DNA of 64,000 bases from an uncultured Pseudomonadota bacterium. Its GTDB lineage: Bacteria; Pseudomonadota; Alphaproteobacteria; Rs-D84. The stretch's first letter is position 1; every line of letters starts with the position of its first letter. Positions 48,623 through 58,470 of this stretch are shown here, piece by piece. The position numbers and the translations under genes are program-made. The notes under the pieces were generated by a model. That model did not search any database. It saw only the letters and a program-made list of their open reading frames with translations, and was not told where the DNA came from. Location: NCBI GenBank assembly GCA_949283535.1, contig CASDTC010000001.1:8540-72539 (forward strand). The letters run 5' to 3'.

Positions 48623-49704
48623 TGAAAAAAATTCTGATTATTTTTTCGTTAGGTTTAATCACGGCAGCAGTACAACCGTTGTACGCCGCCAGTGAATTGT
48701 CCCAGGTTCAGGCACAAATAAAAAAAACAGAACAGCAAAATAAAAAACTGGCGCAACAGGTTAAAAATTCTAATAAAGAAGTTGAATCAACAAAAAAGAA
48801 ACTGGTAAAGGTTGCAGACCAGGTCAGTGTACTGGAAGATCAGCGCAGTGCAGTTGCAAAAAAAATTCACGAATTAGATGCCCAACGCGATAAGTTGGAA
48901 AAATCATTGGCACAAAATCAAGAACGAATCGCTGATGCTGCCGCCAGTATATTATTTGTTGCATCACACCCCAGTTTTGATTCCGAAAATATGCGTGATT
49001 ATGTGTTAACATCGGCGATATTATCGGGGGCGGCGGATAATTTTGATGCAGAAATCCAAGATGCCACAGAAAAAATTCAAGAATTGGAAAAAATTCGTGA
49101 ACAACGCGCGGTTGAAAAAGAAAAATTAGATCGTACGGCAAAACGATATGCAGATGAAAAAAATGAACTGGATAAACTGTTGCGGACGCGTTCGGCACAA
49201 AATCAAAAATTGCGTACGCAGCAGTCGGCGTTACAAAAAAAGTTGCGTGAATTGTCGGCGCGCGCAAAAACATTGTCTGAATTATCTGCCGGCGTGGGGA
49301 GTTCGGAAATGTCAGGTGATTCCAGATTTTCAATTCGTAAATTAAACCAGCCTGTACGCGGGCGGGTTGTTGTTCACTTTGGTGAAAAAACAGCGTTGGG
49401 ATTGAAATCAGATGGGTGGCGTATTCGGGTGCGTGGTGATGCGTTGGTATTGGCACCCGCAGATGGCGAGGTTAAATTTGCCGACAGTTTCAAAGGTTTT
49501 GGGCGTGTTGTAATAATGTCGCATAAAAATGGATATAACACTGTTATGACAAACTTGGGTGATATAAATGTTATGCTGGGTCAGCAGGTTCTGGCGGGGG
49601 AACCGATTGGGCGTATGGATCCCGACAAACCAGAAATGTATTTAGAAGTACGCCGTGGCGATAAAGCGGTTGACCCAGCTAGGTTATTTAAAGAAGATGA
49701 TTAA
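48622..49704 (+). CDS. EnvC-like coiled-coil protein with degenerate LytM (M23) domain
   Basis: Signal peptide, a long Q/K/E coiled coil, and a C-terminal LytM fold lacking the HxxxD and HxH metal ligands (YLEVRR in place of HLHFE). Confidence 0.8.
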   Translation: MKKILIIFSLGLITAAVQPLYAASELSQVQAQIKKTEQQNKKLAQQVKNSNKEVESTKKKLVKVADQVSVLEDQRSAVAKKIHELDAQRDKLEKSLAQNQERIADAAASILFVASHPSFDSENMRDYVLTSAILSGAADNFDAEIQDATEKIQELEKIREQRAVEKEKLDRTAKRYADEKNELDKLLRTRSAQNQKLRTQQSALQKKLRELSARAKTLSELSAGVGSSEMSGDSRFSIRKLNQPVRGRVVVHFGEKTALGLKSDGWRIRVRGDALVLAPADGEVKFADSFKGFGRVVIMSHKNGYNTVMTNLGDINVMLGQQVLAGEPIGRMDPDKPEMYLEVRRGDKAVDPARLFKEDD

Positions 49705-49710
49705 TCATGG

Positions 49711-50637
49711 TTATTTAGAAAATTGAAGTTCCAAATCTATGATGTTTTTAATTTGTTGACGCATAAATGATATTTTCATTAAATTATTGTCCGCACTTTT
49801 TGAGTTTGCTGGATTTATGCGTAAATCATCTGCTGCCTTGATAAAACGGCGCAGGCATGCTGTCATAATACGATATTTCATGATTTCCCGTAAGTTATCG
49901 TTTTTGATGCCCAGCATCGGGTACAAATCTTTGTTGTGCAATTGGCAATATGTTTCATAAACGCGTTTGCATATATTCAATTCAATTTGCACTGGGGCAA
50001 ATATATCGCGATATATAAATTTATAGTCTGCTTCAGCAAAATCAATAAATGATATTTTACTGGTTTGTGAATCGTATAGTACATTGCCTGAATTTAAATC
50101 ACCGTGTGACCATGCCAGTCTGGTTTCGTATTCAAATATGCCAATACGGTCGCGAATTGCCGCCATTGTAAAAACTTCTGTGCTGGTGAACCATGTACTC
50201 ATTTTGTGTTCAATGAAATTATCCAGACGTGAAAATTTTATATCATTTGCAATTTTATATTTTTGTATGTCGCCAATCGGTTTTAATTCATTCATATCAA
50301 CTAAAAAACTGGCGATGCTGTTAACAATTTTAAATTGCTGTGGTTTTGATAAAGTTGAATATAAGTCCGCGGTTAGGGGCTCGCCTGGGGCGCGTTCTTC
50401 CAGAATTTGACATTCGCCATCATGGATAAAGTGCATCGCAGGAATGTTATATACAGGATTGCCAACAGCACGGATTTCATCAATTTTTTCTTTTGTTTTA
50501 TGTTGCTTTGCCAGCCATGCTGTGCGTTTATCTTCATTTAATGTTGGTAATGGACGCTTTAATACAAAGTTTTCGCCGTAATAAACAGCATATGTTTCAC
50601 GACCATGATTAAGATTTTTTATGTTATTTTCAGGCAT
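49711..50637 (-). CDS. Aminoglycoside-phosphotransferase/protein-kinase-like fold protein
   Basis: Catalytic loop WSHGDLNSGNVLYD (HGD..N) and metal-binding FIDFAEA. The gene is visibly more A+T-rich than its flanks. Confidence 0.7.
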   Translation of the reverse strand: MPENNIKNLNHGRETYAVYYGENFVLKRPLPTLNEDKRTAWLAKQHKTKEKIDEIRAVGNPVYNIPAMHFIHDGECQILEERAPGEPLTADLYSTLSKPQQFKIVNSIASFLVDMNELKPIGDIQKYKIANDIKFSRLDNFIEHKMSTWFTSTEVFTMAAIRDRIGIFEYETRLAWSHGDLNSGNVLYDSQTSKISFIDFAEADYKFIYRDIFAPVQIELNICKRVYETYCQLHNKDLYPMLGIKNDNLREIMKYRIMTACLRRFIKAADDLRINPANSKSADNNLMKISFMRQQIKNIIDLELQFSK

Positions 50638-50638
50638 T

Positions 50639-51361
50639 TTATAATATCCGTGATTTCTTTAGTAATTTGATTATTTCTTTTTGGGTACGCAATAAGCATG
50701 ATGACATGTATGATGCGTATGCCCTGTAATTATCATTTGCATATTGGGTTATCGCTTCTTTATATTTTTGTTTATCTGATGGCTGATTGAAAACAATAGG
50801 ACGATATCCCGCCTGGACCAGTGCCCAATTCATGACTAAACGCGCCGTGCGTTTGTTAAAATCATCAAATGGTTGCAAGGCGATTAACTCATAATGAATG
50901 TTAAACGCGCGCGTTAATGCATCAGGTGTATCATTTAATTTGAATGTGATTTCATTCAATAATGATGGAATTTGCATTGCATCAGGTGTATGCATGCGTT
51001 GACCATTAACATATATTTCTAAAACCTTTGATGTATTGCGGAAAACGCCGCCCTGGATATGTGTATTGGCACACAGCATGCTGTGGATGCGACATATTTC
51101 AGTGGCATCGATAATTCTGTCTGGATTGTTGATAATATAATCGTATGCTTCGCCAATGTTTTTCATGCTGTTATAGTCTAAATATGGAACTTGTTCCTTG
51201 TTTGGAACATAAAACAGCGTTCTGGGTTCAACATATGCGATTTCATGACGCAGCCAATTAACATTGTTCAGGCGTTTATGCGTGTTTGCCCCAGATAACA
51301 TTTTTGTTATTATCTGGCGGTTTTCTTCAATTTGTACCTTGGTTTTTGGTGTTTTTGTCAT
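50639..51361 (-). CDS. Fic-fold protein with Doc-like, His-less motif QPFDDFNKRTAR
   Basis: IHYELIALQPFDDFNKRTARLVMNWALVQAGY occupies the position of HPFxDGNGRxxR. The motif is encoded at 50840..50875. The stop lies 1 nt from the kinase-like gene's start. Confidence 0.7.
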   Translation of the reverse strand: MTKTPKTKVQIEENRQIITKMLSGANTHKRLNNVNWLRHEIAYVEPRTLFYVPNKEQVPYLDYNSMKNIGEAYDYIINNPDRIIDATEICRIHSMLCANTHIQGGVFRNTSKVLEIYVNGQRMHTPDAMQIPSLLNEITFKLNDTPDALTRAFNIHYELIALQPFDDFNKRTARLVMNWALVQAGYRPIVFNQPSDKQKYKEAITQYANDNYRAYASYMSSCLLRTQKEIIKLLKKSRIL

Positions 51362-51528
51362 GTTATATACCTTGCTATTACTTTGAGTATATTATAACCC
51401 TTAAATATATTTTGTCAATATTTTTGATGTTTTTTATTTAAAAAATGTATAAAACAGGCTTGCGGGACAACTGTTTTTGTTTTATGCTGTGCAGTACATA
51501 GTTTTATATTTTTGCGAAAGGAATACTG

Positions 51529-52971
51529 ATGTTAAAGAAGTTGCTGATTTTTGTGGTTTTATTAATGCCTGTTGTGGCATCGGGGGCGGATAAAGCAAAA
51601 AAAGACGAACCTGTTGAGCATTTAACAGATGAACAAATTTATGAGCAATTAAAAAAATTAGCGTTGGTGTTTGAAACTGCGCGGGATTCTTTTGTCGAAG
51701 AAGCAGATGAAAAAAAGATGCTGGAAGCGGCAATGAATGGTATGTTGCAGGCGTTGGATCCGCATTCATCGTATTTGTCGGCGGATGATTTCAAAGAATT
51801 TAATGATAAATCCCAGGGGGAATTTGGTGGACTGGGGATTCAAATAACCAGTGACAGGGGTGCCGTGCGTGTTATTTCGCCAATTGATGGAACACCAGCG
51901 GACAAGGCTGGTATCAAGGCGGGCGATTATATAACACATATTGATGGTGAACAGGTTTTTGATATGACTTTGAATCAGGCGACAAAAAAAATGAAAGGTC
52001 GCCCAGGAACCAAGGTTAAATTAACAATTATATCCGAAGGTGAAGAACCGCGTACAATTACATTAAAACGCGATATTATCAAGGTTGAATCCGTGAAATA
52101 TGAAGAAAAAACAATGGCGGGTATGGAAGATGATGAAGATGCCGATAAAATTGGCTATATTCGTATTTCAGATTTTGGTGCAACAACAGCGAAAGAATTG
52201 AACAAGGCATTGGAAAAGTTGGAAAAGAAAGATGTTATTGGATATGTTTTAGATGTTCGGAATAATCCGGGGGGATATTTGACTGCCGCAATTGATGTGT
52301 CTGATGCATTCTTGGATGGTGGTGAAATTGTTTCAACACGCGGTCGGCGCGAAACAGATATTGAACGCAATTTTGCAAAGCCGGGTGATTTGGCAAATGG
52401 CAAGCCAGTTGTTGTATTGATAAACCATGGTTCAGCATCTGCGTCTGAAATTGTTGCGGGTGCATTGCAAGATAATGGACGGGCGCTGGTTATGGGGTCG
52501 CAATCTTTTGGCAAGGGCAGTGTTCAACAGCAAAAGCCATTGGGTGATGGCACCGCAATACATATTACAATTGCGCGGTATTATACACCGTCTGGGCGAT
52601 CAATTCAGAACGAAGGAATTACCCCAGATGTAGAAGTCTTGCAGAGCAAGGTAGAGGTTCTGGAACGCAAAGAAAGTCTGTATTCAGAAGCGTCATTTAA
52701 AAACGCATTAAAGAATGAAGAATCGGAAAAGAAAAAGAAAGATAAATCTGATGATGATGACGATAAAGAATTAACAGATGCAGAAAAAGATGCGTTGGAT
52801 TATCAATTGCAACGCGCGATGGATATGGTGCGGGCAATGTCTAAATTACAGGCGCACGCCAGTATTGTCCCGGCAACGCCCGATGATCCAATTGCCATGG
52901 AAATAGATGCGGGTGATGCCGCCACATCGGATGATAAAAAGTCTGATGATAAGAAATCAGATAAAAAGTAA
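51529..52971 (+). CDS. ctpA: Carboxy-terminal processing (tail-specific, S41) protease
   Basis: PDZ domain (GGLGIQITSDRGAVRVISPIDGTPADKAGIKAGD) and catalytic GSASASEI / KG. The charged tail ends SDDKKSDDKKSDKK. Confidence 0.9.
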   Translation: MLKKLLIFVVLLMPVVASGADKAKKDEPVEHLTDEQIYEQLKKLALVFETARDSFVEEADEKKMLEAAMNGMLQALDPHSSYLSADDFKEFNDKSQGEFGGLGIQITSDRGAVRVISPIDGTPADKAGIKAGDYITHIDGEQVFDMTLNQATKKMKGRPGTKVKLTIISEGEEPRTITLKRDIIKVESVKYEEKTMAGMEDDEDADKIGYIRISDFGATTAKELNKALEKLEKKDVIGYVLDVRNNPGGYLTAAIDVSDAFLDGGEIVSTRGRRETDIERNFAKPGDLANGKPVVVLINHGSASASEIVAGALQDNGRALVMGSQSFGKGSVQQQKPLGDGTAIHITIARYYTPSGRSIQNEGITPDVEVLQSKVEVLERKESLYSEASFKNALKNEESEKKKKDKSDDDDDKELTDAEKDALDYQLQRAMDMVRAMSKLQAHASIVPATPDDPIAMEIDAGDAATSDDKKSDDKKSDKK

Positions 52972-52998
52972 AAAATGGGGTTTGTCCCCATTTTTTTG
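52970..52998 (+). terminator. Rho-independent terminator
   Basis: aaaaaatgggg-tttg-tccccattttttt. Confidence 0.85.
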
Positions 52999-53085
52999 TT
53001 TGTCAAGTGTTTTTTATAAATCTTGCCTTGTTGGGAAAATAGGGGTATTATATAGCCTGTATGAATTTTTTTAAGGGATTTAAAT

Positions 53086-56000
53086 ATGGCTAATTTAATT
53101 GTTGATGGCAACTGGGCAGCGGCAGATGTCGCGTACAGATGTGTTGATTTTGCGGCAATTTATCCAATTACACCAAGTAGTACGATGGGCGAACTGGCGG
53201 ATGAATGGTCGTTCCAGCATAAAAAAAATATTTGGGGTGCGATTCCACAAATAATTGAAATGCAATCCGAAGGCGGTGCCGCCGGCGCAATGCACGGTGC
53301 ATTGCAAATGGGATCGTTGGCGACAACATTTACCGCATCCCAGGGATTATTATTAATGATTCCGAATATGTACAAAATCGCCGGTGAACAAACGCCGTTT
53401 GTTATGCATGTTGCAGCGCGTGCGTTGGCAACACATGCATTGTCTATATTTGGTGATCACAGTGATGTTATGTCTGTGCGTTCAACGGGGTTTGCGTTAT
53501 TGTCCAGTCATAATGTGCAACAGGCGCATGATATGGCGGCAATTGCGCATGCGGCGACATTGCGGGCGCGTGTGCCGTTCTTGCATTTCTTTGACGGCTT
53601 TCGCACCAGTCATGAAGAATCGCGTTTGGACAGAATCAGTGATGATGTTTTGCATGAAATGATTCCAGATGATTTGGTTTTGGCAAATCGTGCGCGTGGT
53701 ATGACGCCAGACAAACCAACAATTCGTGGTACGGCACAAAATCCAGATGTGTTTTTCCAGGGACGCGAAGCGGCAAATCCGTTGTATGCAAAAACACCAG
53801 AAATTGTCCAGGAATGCATGGACAAATTTGCCAAACTGACTGGTCGCCAGTATCATTTGGTCGACTATGTTGGGGACCCGAATGCCGAAAATGTTATCGT
53901 TGCAATGGGCAGTGCATGTGAAACAATCGAAGAAACATTGCCATATTTGCCATCGGGGCTGGGGTTGGTAAAAGTACACTTGTTCCGACCATTCCCGCGC
54001 GATGCATTCCGGGCGGCATTGCCAAAAACGGTTAAGCGTATTGCTGTTCTGGACAGATGTAAAGAACCGGGCAGTTTGGGCGAACCATTGTATCAAGATG
54101 TAAAAACAGTTGTTGGCGATTCGGCGGCTGTATTTGGTGGACGATATGGATTGGGTTCAAAAGAATTTAAACCACGCGATGTCAAGGCGGTATATGAAAA
54201 TTTGATGCGGGATACATTGCATCATGATTTTACAGTTGGCATTGATGATGATTTAACGGGGCTGTCATTAAAGACTGACCCGGCGTTTGCCGTCCAGGCA
54301 CCAAATTTCAAGACGGCAATTTTATATGGAATTGGGTCCGATGGTACGGTTGGTGCGGTAAAAAATATTGTAAAAATCGTTGGTGAAAATTCTGATTTAT
54401 ATCCGCAATCATATGCGGTATATGATTCAAAAAAATCTGGGGGCTTAACAGCGTCGCATATCAGATTTTCTGACCGGCCAATTAAAAGTCAGTATTTAAT
54501 CGAAGTTGCAGATTTCATCAGTGTTTCGAACTTTATGATTGCCCAACGTTTTGATATATTCAAAGGATTGCGTGCGGGTGGCACTGTGATGATTAATACA
54601 TCAATGGCGCCGGATGTTGCATTTGCAAATTTGCCGCGGGATGCCCAAGAACACTTAATTCGTATGCGGGCGCGTGTGTTCTTTTTGAATGCAAATGCGG
54701 CGGCGGCAGAATTGGGATTGGGTAATCGGATTAATACATTTATTATGTTGAATTTCTTTAATCTGACACAGGTGATTGATCCGGCGGTTGCCGCAAAAAG
54801 TGCCAAGGTCGCAATCGAAAAAACATATAAAAAGAAGGGTATGGATGTTGTCCAGGCAAACTGGGCCGCGGTGGACAAGGCGGCAGAATACTTGCACGAG
54901 TACCAGTTGCCGTCATCGGTATCGAACTTTGCACCAGATTTTGTTCCATCGATGACCGCAGATGCACCGACAGAAATTGCCGGCACATTGGGTGAAATGG
55001 CGGCACAGCGTGGGGATGATTTGCCGGTGTCGCGTTTTTGTGTTGATGGTGAATTTGGGGCTGGACAATATCCAGTTGGAACCGCAAAATATGAAAAGCG
55101 TGCGATTTCCGAACGTGTTGCAACAGTTGATTTATCAAAGTGCATACAATGCGGAAAATGTTCAACATTATGCCCGCATGCAGCAATTCGTATCAAGGTT
55201 ATGACCCCGGAACAGGCAGATGCTGCCCGTGCAGATGGTGTTATTGTTGTTCCAGTTAAAACGCCTGAATTGGGTGCGGATATGTATTATACATTGAACA
55301 TTTCGCCGGCGGATTGTACAGGATGTACAATTTGTGTCAAGAATTGCCCGGTTCATGCATTGGCAATGATGTCGATACATGATGTTGATAATCAACAGGC
55401 GCGTTTTGATGCGGCACAAAAGATTCCAGATATTCCAAAAGAAAAATTAAATCTGAATATTCCAAAGCATGTCGAATTATTGCCGCATTATTTTGAATTC
55501 CCTGGTGCGTGTGCGGGATGTGGTGAAACGCCATATATTAAAATGATGTCGCATTTATTTGGTGATCGTATGGTTGTTGCAAATGCAACGGGATGTTCGT
55601 CAATTTATGGGGCGAATTTACCAACAACACCATGGACGGCGGACGCAAATGGTCGTGGACCGGCGTGGTCGAATTCTTTATTCGAAGATAATGCTGAATA
55701 TGGTCTGGGTATGCGTATCGCATTAAACCAAAAGCGCGATACTTTAAAAGGATTGTTGTTTGAATTAAATATTCCGAATGTCGAAGAAATGTTTGCCGAA
55801 CGCAATCCAGATAAACAACGCCAGATAGAAGAGAAACTGCGTGCGCAATTGGCAAATATCGATTCGCCACGGGCAGAAATGGCGCGCAGTTTGGTTGGCG
55901 AAATCGTCGATAAATCTGTTTGGATTATTGGCGGTGATGGTTGGGCGTATGATATTGGATATGGTGGATTGGACCATGTATTACACAGTGGTGAAAATGT

Positions 56001-56592
56001 GAATATATTGGTTCTGGATACCGAAGGGTATTCAAACACCGGTGGGCAACAGTCCAAGGCAACCCCATTTGGCGCCAGTATGAAATTTGCAATTGGTGGT
56101 AAAGAACATGCCAAAAAAGATTTAGGGATGATTGCGATGATGTCGGGGGCGTATGTTGCGCAAATTGCATTGGGCGCGAATCAAGCACAGGCAATTCGTG
56201 CATTCCGCGAGGCTGAGGCATTCCCCGGACCATCAATCATATTGGCATATGCGCCATGTATTGCGCATGGATTTGCATTACAAAATGCGGTTGAACATGA
56301 AACCCAGATGGTCAGCACGGGTGCATGGCCGTTGTATCGGTTTGACCCATCGCTGATTATTGATGGACACAGTCCATTAACCATGGATTCAAATGTGGAC
56401 AATCCAACGCCGCTGGAAGATTTCTTGAAAACAGAAAGTCGTTTTGGTGCGGCGCGTGCGGTAAATCCGCATTTTGACAGATTGGTTGAAATGGCAAAAG
56501 AAAACAATCATTATCGCAGCGAATTGAAAAAATATATTGCGCACTTTGCGATGATGAATTCGCCACAGGTTAAAGAAAATGGTGAAGGATAA
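53086..56592 (+). CDS. nifJ: Pyruvate:ferredoxin (flavodoxin) oxidoreductase, single-chain
   Basis: 1168 aa; two 4Fe-4S ferredoxin motifs CIQCGKCSTLCP and CTGCTICVKNCP; TPP site GGDGWAYDIGYGGLDH. Confidence 0.95.
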   Translation: MANLIVDGNWAAADVAYRCVDFAAIYPITPSSTMGELADEWSFQHKKNIWGAIPQIIEMQSEGGAAGAMHGALQMGSLATTFTASQGLLLMIPNMYKIAGEQTPFVMHVAARALATHALSIFGDHSDVMSVRSTGFALLSSHNVQQAHDMAAIAHAATLRARVPFLHFFDGFRTSHEESRLDRISDDVLHEMIPDDLVLANRARGMTPDKPTIRGTAQNPDVFFQGREAANPLYAKTPEIVQECMDKFAKLTGRQYHLVDYVGDPNAENVIVAMGSACETIEETLPYLPSGLGLVKVHLFRPFPRDAFRAALPKTVKRIAVLDRCKEPGSLGEPLYQDVKTVVGDSAAVFGGRYGLGSKEFKPRDVKAVYENLMRDTLHHDFTVGIDDDLTGLSLKTDPAFAVQAPNFKTAILYGIGSDGTVGAVKNIVKIVGENSDLYPQSYAVYDSKKSGGLTASHIRFSDRPIKSQYLIEVADFISVSNFMIAQRFDIFKGLRAGGTVMINTSMAPDVAFANLPRDAQEHLIRMRARVFFLNANAAAAELGLGNRINTFIMLNFFNLTQVIDPAVAAKSAKVAIEKTYKKKGMDVVQANWAAVDKAAEYLHEYQLPSSVSNFAPDFVPSMTADAPTEIAGTLGEMAAQRGDDLPVSRFCVDGEFGAGQYPVGTAKYEKRAISERVATVDLSKCIQCGKCSTLCPHAAIRIKVMTPEQADAARADGVIVVPVKTPELGADMYYTLNISPADCTGCTICVKNCPVHALAMMSIHDVDNQQARFDAAQKIPDIPKEKLNLNIPKHVELLPHYFEFPGACAGCGETPYIKMMSHLFGDRMVVANATGCSSIYGANLPTTPWTADANGRGPAWSNSLFEDNAEYGLGMRIALNQKRDTLKGLLFELNIPNVEEMFAERNPDKQRQIEEKLRAQLANIDSPRAEMARSLVGEIVDKSVWIIGGDGWAYDIGYGGLDHVLHSGENVNILVLDTEGYSNTGGQQSKATPFGASMKFAIGGKEHAKKDLGMIAMMSGAYVAQIALGANQAQAIRAFREAEAFPGPSIILAYAPCIAHGFALQNAVEHETQMVSTGAWPLYRFDPSLIIDGHSPLTMDSNVDNPTPLEDFLKTESRFGAARAVNPHFDRLVEMAKENNHYRSELKKYIAHFAMMNSPQVKENGEG

Positions 56593-56593
56593 T

Positions 56594-56621
56594 AAAACGG
56601 GGCAAATGCCCCGTGTTTTTT
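56594..56621 (+). terminator. Rho-independent terminator
   Basis: aaaacggggc-aaat-gccccgtgtttttt. Confidence 0.85.
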
Positions 56622-56660
56622 CTGTTGCATTGTGGGCGGGCTTTGTTGTAAATTTGGGGT

Positions 56661-57089
56661 ATGAAAAAATTTATGTTGATTTTGGCGGTTTTGTTGTCGG
56701 CATGTACATTCCAGGTAAAACATCGCGGGTATGTTTTTCCGCCTGATTTGGAAACGGTTGTCGCAGATATTAAAACAACCGCGCAATTGCAAAATGAAAT
56801 TGGTTCGCCCCAGGTTAAAACAATATATGGGGACGAAGTTTGGATTTATTATGGCGCAGATGAAAACTATCGCGGACCGTTGCCATTAAAATATGATAAC
56901 AAGACTGTTCTGTTAGCATGGGTTGATGGAACACGGGTCAAAGAAATCCAGGTTCTGCATGACGATGATTTGCCAGATGTCATGATTGCCGAAGGTGAAA
57001 CAGAAATCCCGGCGGCAATTGAATTAAATGCAATACAAGAATTGTTTAATAATATTGGACGATTCTCGCCGGCGGGGTTGGGGCAATAA
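56661..57089 (+). CDS. bamE: Outer-membrane assembly lipoprotein BamE (SmpA/OmlA)
   Basis: Lipobox LLSAC, then HRGYVFPPD..QLQNEIGSPQVKT. Confidence 0.75.
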   Translation: MKKFMLILAVLLSACTFQVKHRGYVFPPDLETVVADIKTTAQLQNEIGSPQVKTIYGDEVWIYYGADENYRGPLPLKYDNKTVLLAWVDGTRVKEIQVLHDDDLPDVMIAEGETEIPAAIELNAIQELFNNIGRFSPAGLGQ

Positions 57090-57097
57090 AATATTTT

Positions 57098-57126
57098 CAG
57101 CGGCATAAATGCCGCTGTGTTTTTTA
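57098..57126 (+). terminator. Rho-independent terminator
   Basis: cagcggcat-aaa-tgccgctgtgtttttt. Confidence 0.8.
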
Positions 57127-57200
57127 TTTAAAATTTTAAAAAAGGCGTTTGCATATAATTGGTAAAATGTGATAAAATATTTATAAAGAGAATTTTGGAC

Positions 57201-57755
57201 ATGAAAAAGTTTTTAATTTCATTGATTGCAATTAATATTGGATGCTTGGCTGGTGGTGTGGCAATTGCCAATGAATTTACATCGTGTGGACCGGGATATA
57301 TATTGGTTTCGCACAGTGATATTGATGGCATTGATGCCGCAGAATGTCAAAAATTGTGGTGCCGTGATTTGGAAAATGGTAAATCGATGGGCAGTGATAA
57401 TCGCGCAAACAGTGGCTATAAAGAAACATCGTATCCGATGGAATTGTGTGATGCGAATAATAACTGTGTTGAATGTTTTGGGGATCGGCGCTGGTGCAGT
57501 GGGGAAACACCGGGATATTGGAATCCAGAATATGGTGCATATACATATGATGGTGGCGATAATATAACATATTCGTCATATCAAAAGGGCAGTTGTTTTG
57601 CATGGCGACTGGAAAAGCCAGATTGTCCATCGGGGCAGACGGCAATATTACAGGATGGCGAATGGGTTTGCGCGGTTGAAAGTGTTAATACATCGGGCAG
57701 TCATCAGTCCAGTATCCGTCGAACCAGTGGAACATTACGGCGTACAATCAGATGA
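57201..57755 (+). CDS. Small cysteine-rich secreted protein carrying the SCGPGYI module
   Basis: The ATG at 57201 gives signal peptide MKKFLISLIAINIGCLAGGVAIA. The mature part has 13 Cys. SCGPGYI..DGI matches the C-terminal extension of the 29399..32530 product. The tail is Arg/Ser/Thr-rich. Confidence 0.65.
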   Translation: MKKFLISLIAINIGCLAGGVAIANEFTSCGPGYILVSHSDIDGIDAAECQKLWCRDLENGKSMGSDNRANSGYKETSYPMELCDANNNCVECFGDRRWCSGETPGYWNPEYGAYTYDGGDNITYSSYQKGSCFAWRLEKPDCPSGQTAILQDGEWVCAVESVNTSGSHQSSIRRTSGTLRRTIR

Positions 57756-57756
57756 T

Positions 57757-57790
57757 AAAAAATCGTCCAATTGGACGATTTTTTTATTTT
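57757..57790 (+). terminator. Rho-independent terminator
   Basis: aaaaaatcgtcc-aatt-ggacgattttttt. Confidence 0.85.
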
Positions 57791-57873
57791 CTGTCATTTA
57801 TTTGTTTTTCTGGTTTTTTGTGGTATAATATGCAAGACATTGAGAGAATGGCAACCGTAAAGGGTATCCAAAT

Positions 57874-58440
57874 ATGCCAAGTAAGAAACTAGATTTTAAA
57901 GCAGGACAATATGTTGTATATCCGACCCAGGGTGTCGGAAAGTTGGTGCGTGTCGAAGAACAAACAATTGGCGGGCAAAAAATAAAAATGTTGGTTATTG
58001 ATTTTGAACGAAATCATATGACACTGCGTGTGCCAGTGGAACGCGCGGAAATATCCGGTCTGCGTCCATTGACCACAATTAAAAAAATGGATGAAGCAAT
58101 TGCATCAGCCAAGGGTAAAGCCGGGGCAAAGCGCATGATTTGGGCGCGCCGTGCCGCACAGTATGAAGAAAATATCAATTCGGGTGATCCCATGAAATTG
58201 GCAGAGGTTGTACGCGATCTGCAACGGCGTAATGCCACAGATACGATGACTTTTTCTGCGCGACAATTATATTTGCGTGCGCTGGAACGGATGGCGCAAG
58301 AATTTGCCGTGTTGCACAAGATTGATTTAGATGCGGCATCTGAAAAAATTGAAGATATTTTGGGCGTGCCAAAAGAAATAGATTTGAACGCGGTTGATGT
58401 TGATGATGACGATGATGAACCAGATGATGATGACGAATAA
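57874..58440 (+). CDS. carD: CarD-family transcription regulator with poly-acidic tail
   Basis: FKAGQYVVYPTQGVGKLVRVEEQTIGGQKIKMLVIDF; tail VDVDDDDDEPDDDDE. Confidence 0.9.
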   Translation: MPSKKLDFKAGQYVVYPTQGVGKLVRVEEQTIGGQKIKMLVIDFERNHMTLRVPVERAEISGLRPLTTIKKMDEAIASAKGKAGAKRMIWARRAAQYEENINSGDPMKLAEVVRDLQRRNATDTMTFSARQLYLRALERMAQEFAVLHKIDLDAASEKIEDILGVPKEIDLNAVDVDDDDDEPDDDDE

Positions 58441-58442
58441 AT

Positions 58443-58470
58443 AAAAAATCCGCAAACGCGGATTTTTTAT
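58443..58470. terminator. Bidirectional terminator between carD and lptB
   Basis: aaaaaatccgc-aaa-cgcggatttttt. Confidence 0.85.

Noticed and set aside
50930-50980. A possible Fic auto-inhibitory helix motif (S/T)xxxE(G/N), seen as SLLNEI upstream of the Fic motif.
   Set aside because: The last position is Ile, not Gly or Asn, and I cannot verify the placement without a structure. I am not claiming it.
54489-55196. A 235-aa minus-strand ORF inside the PFOR gene. Similar antisense ORFs occur at 53497..54096 and 55605..56114.
   Set aside because: These are antisense shadows of a strongly supported 1168-aa gene. They have no independent signals.
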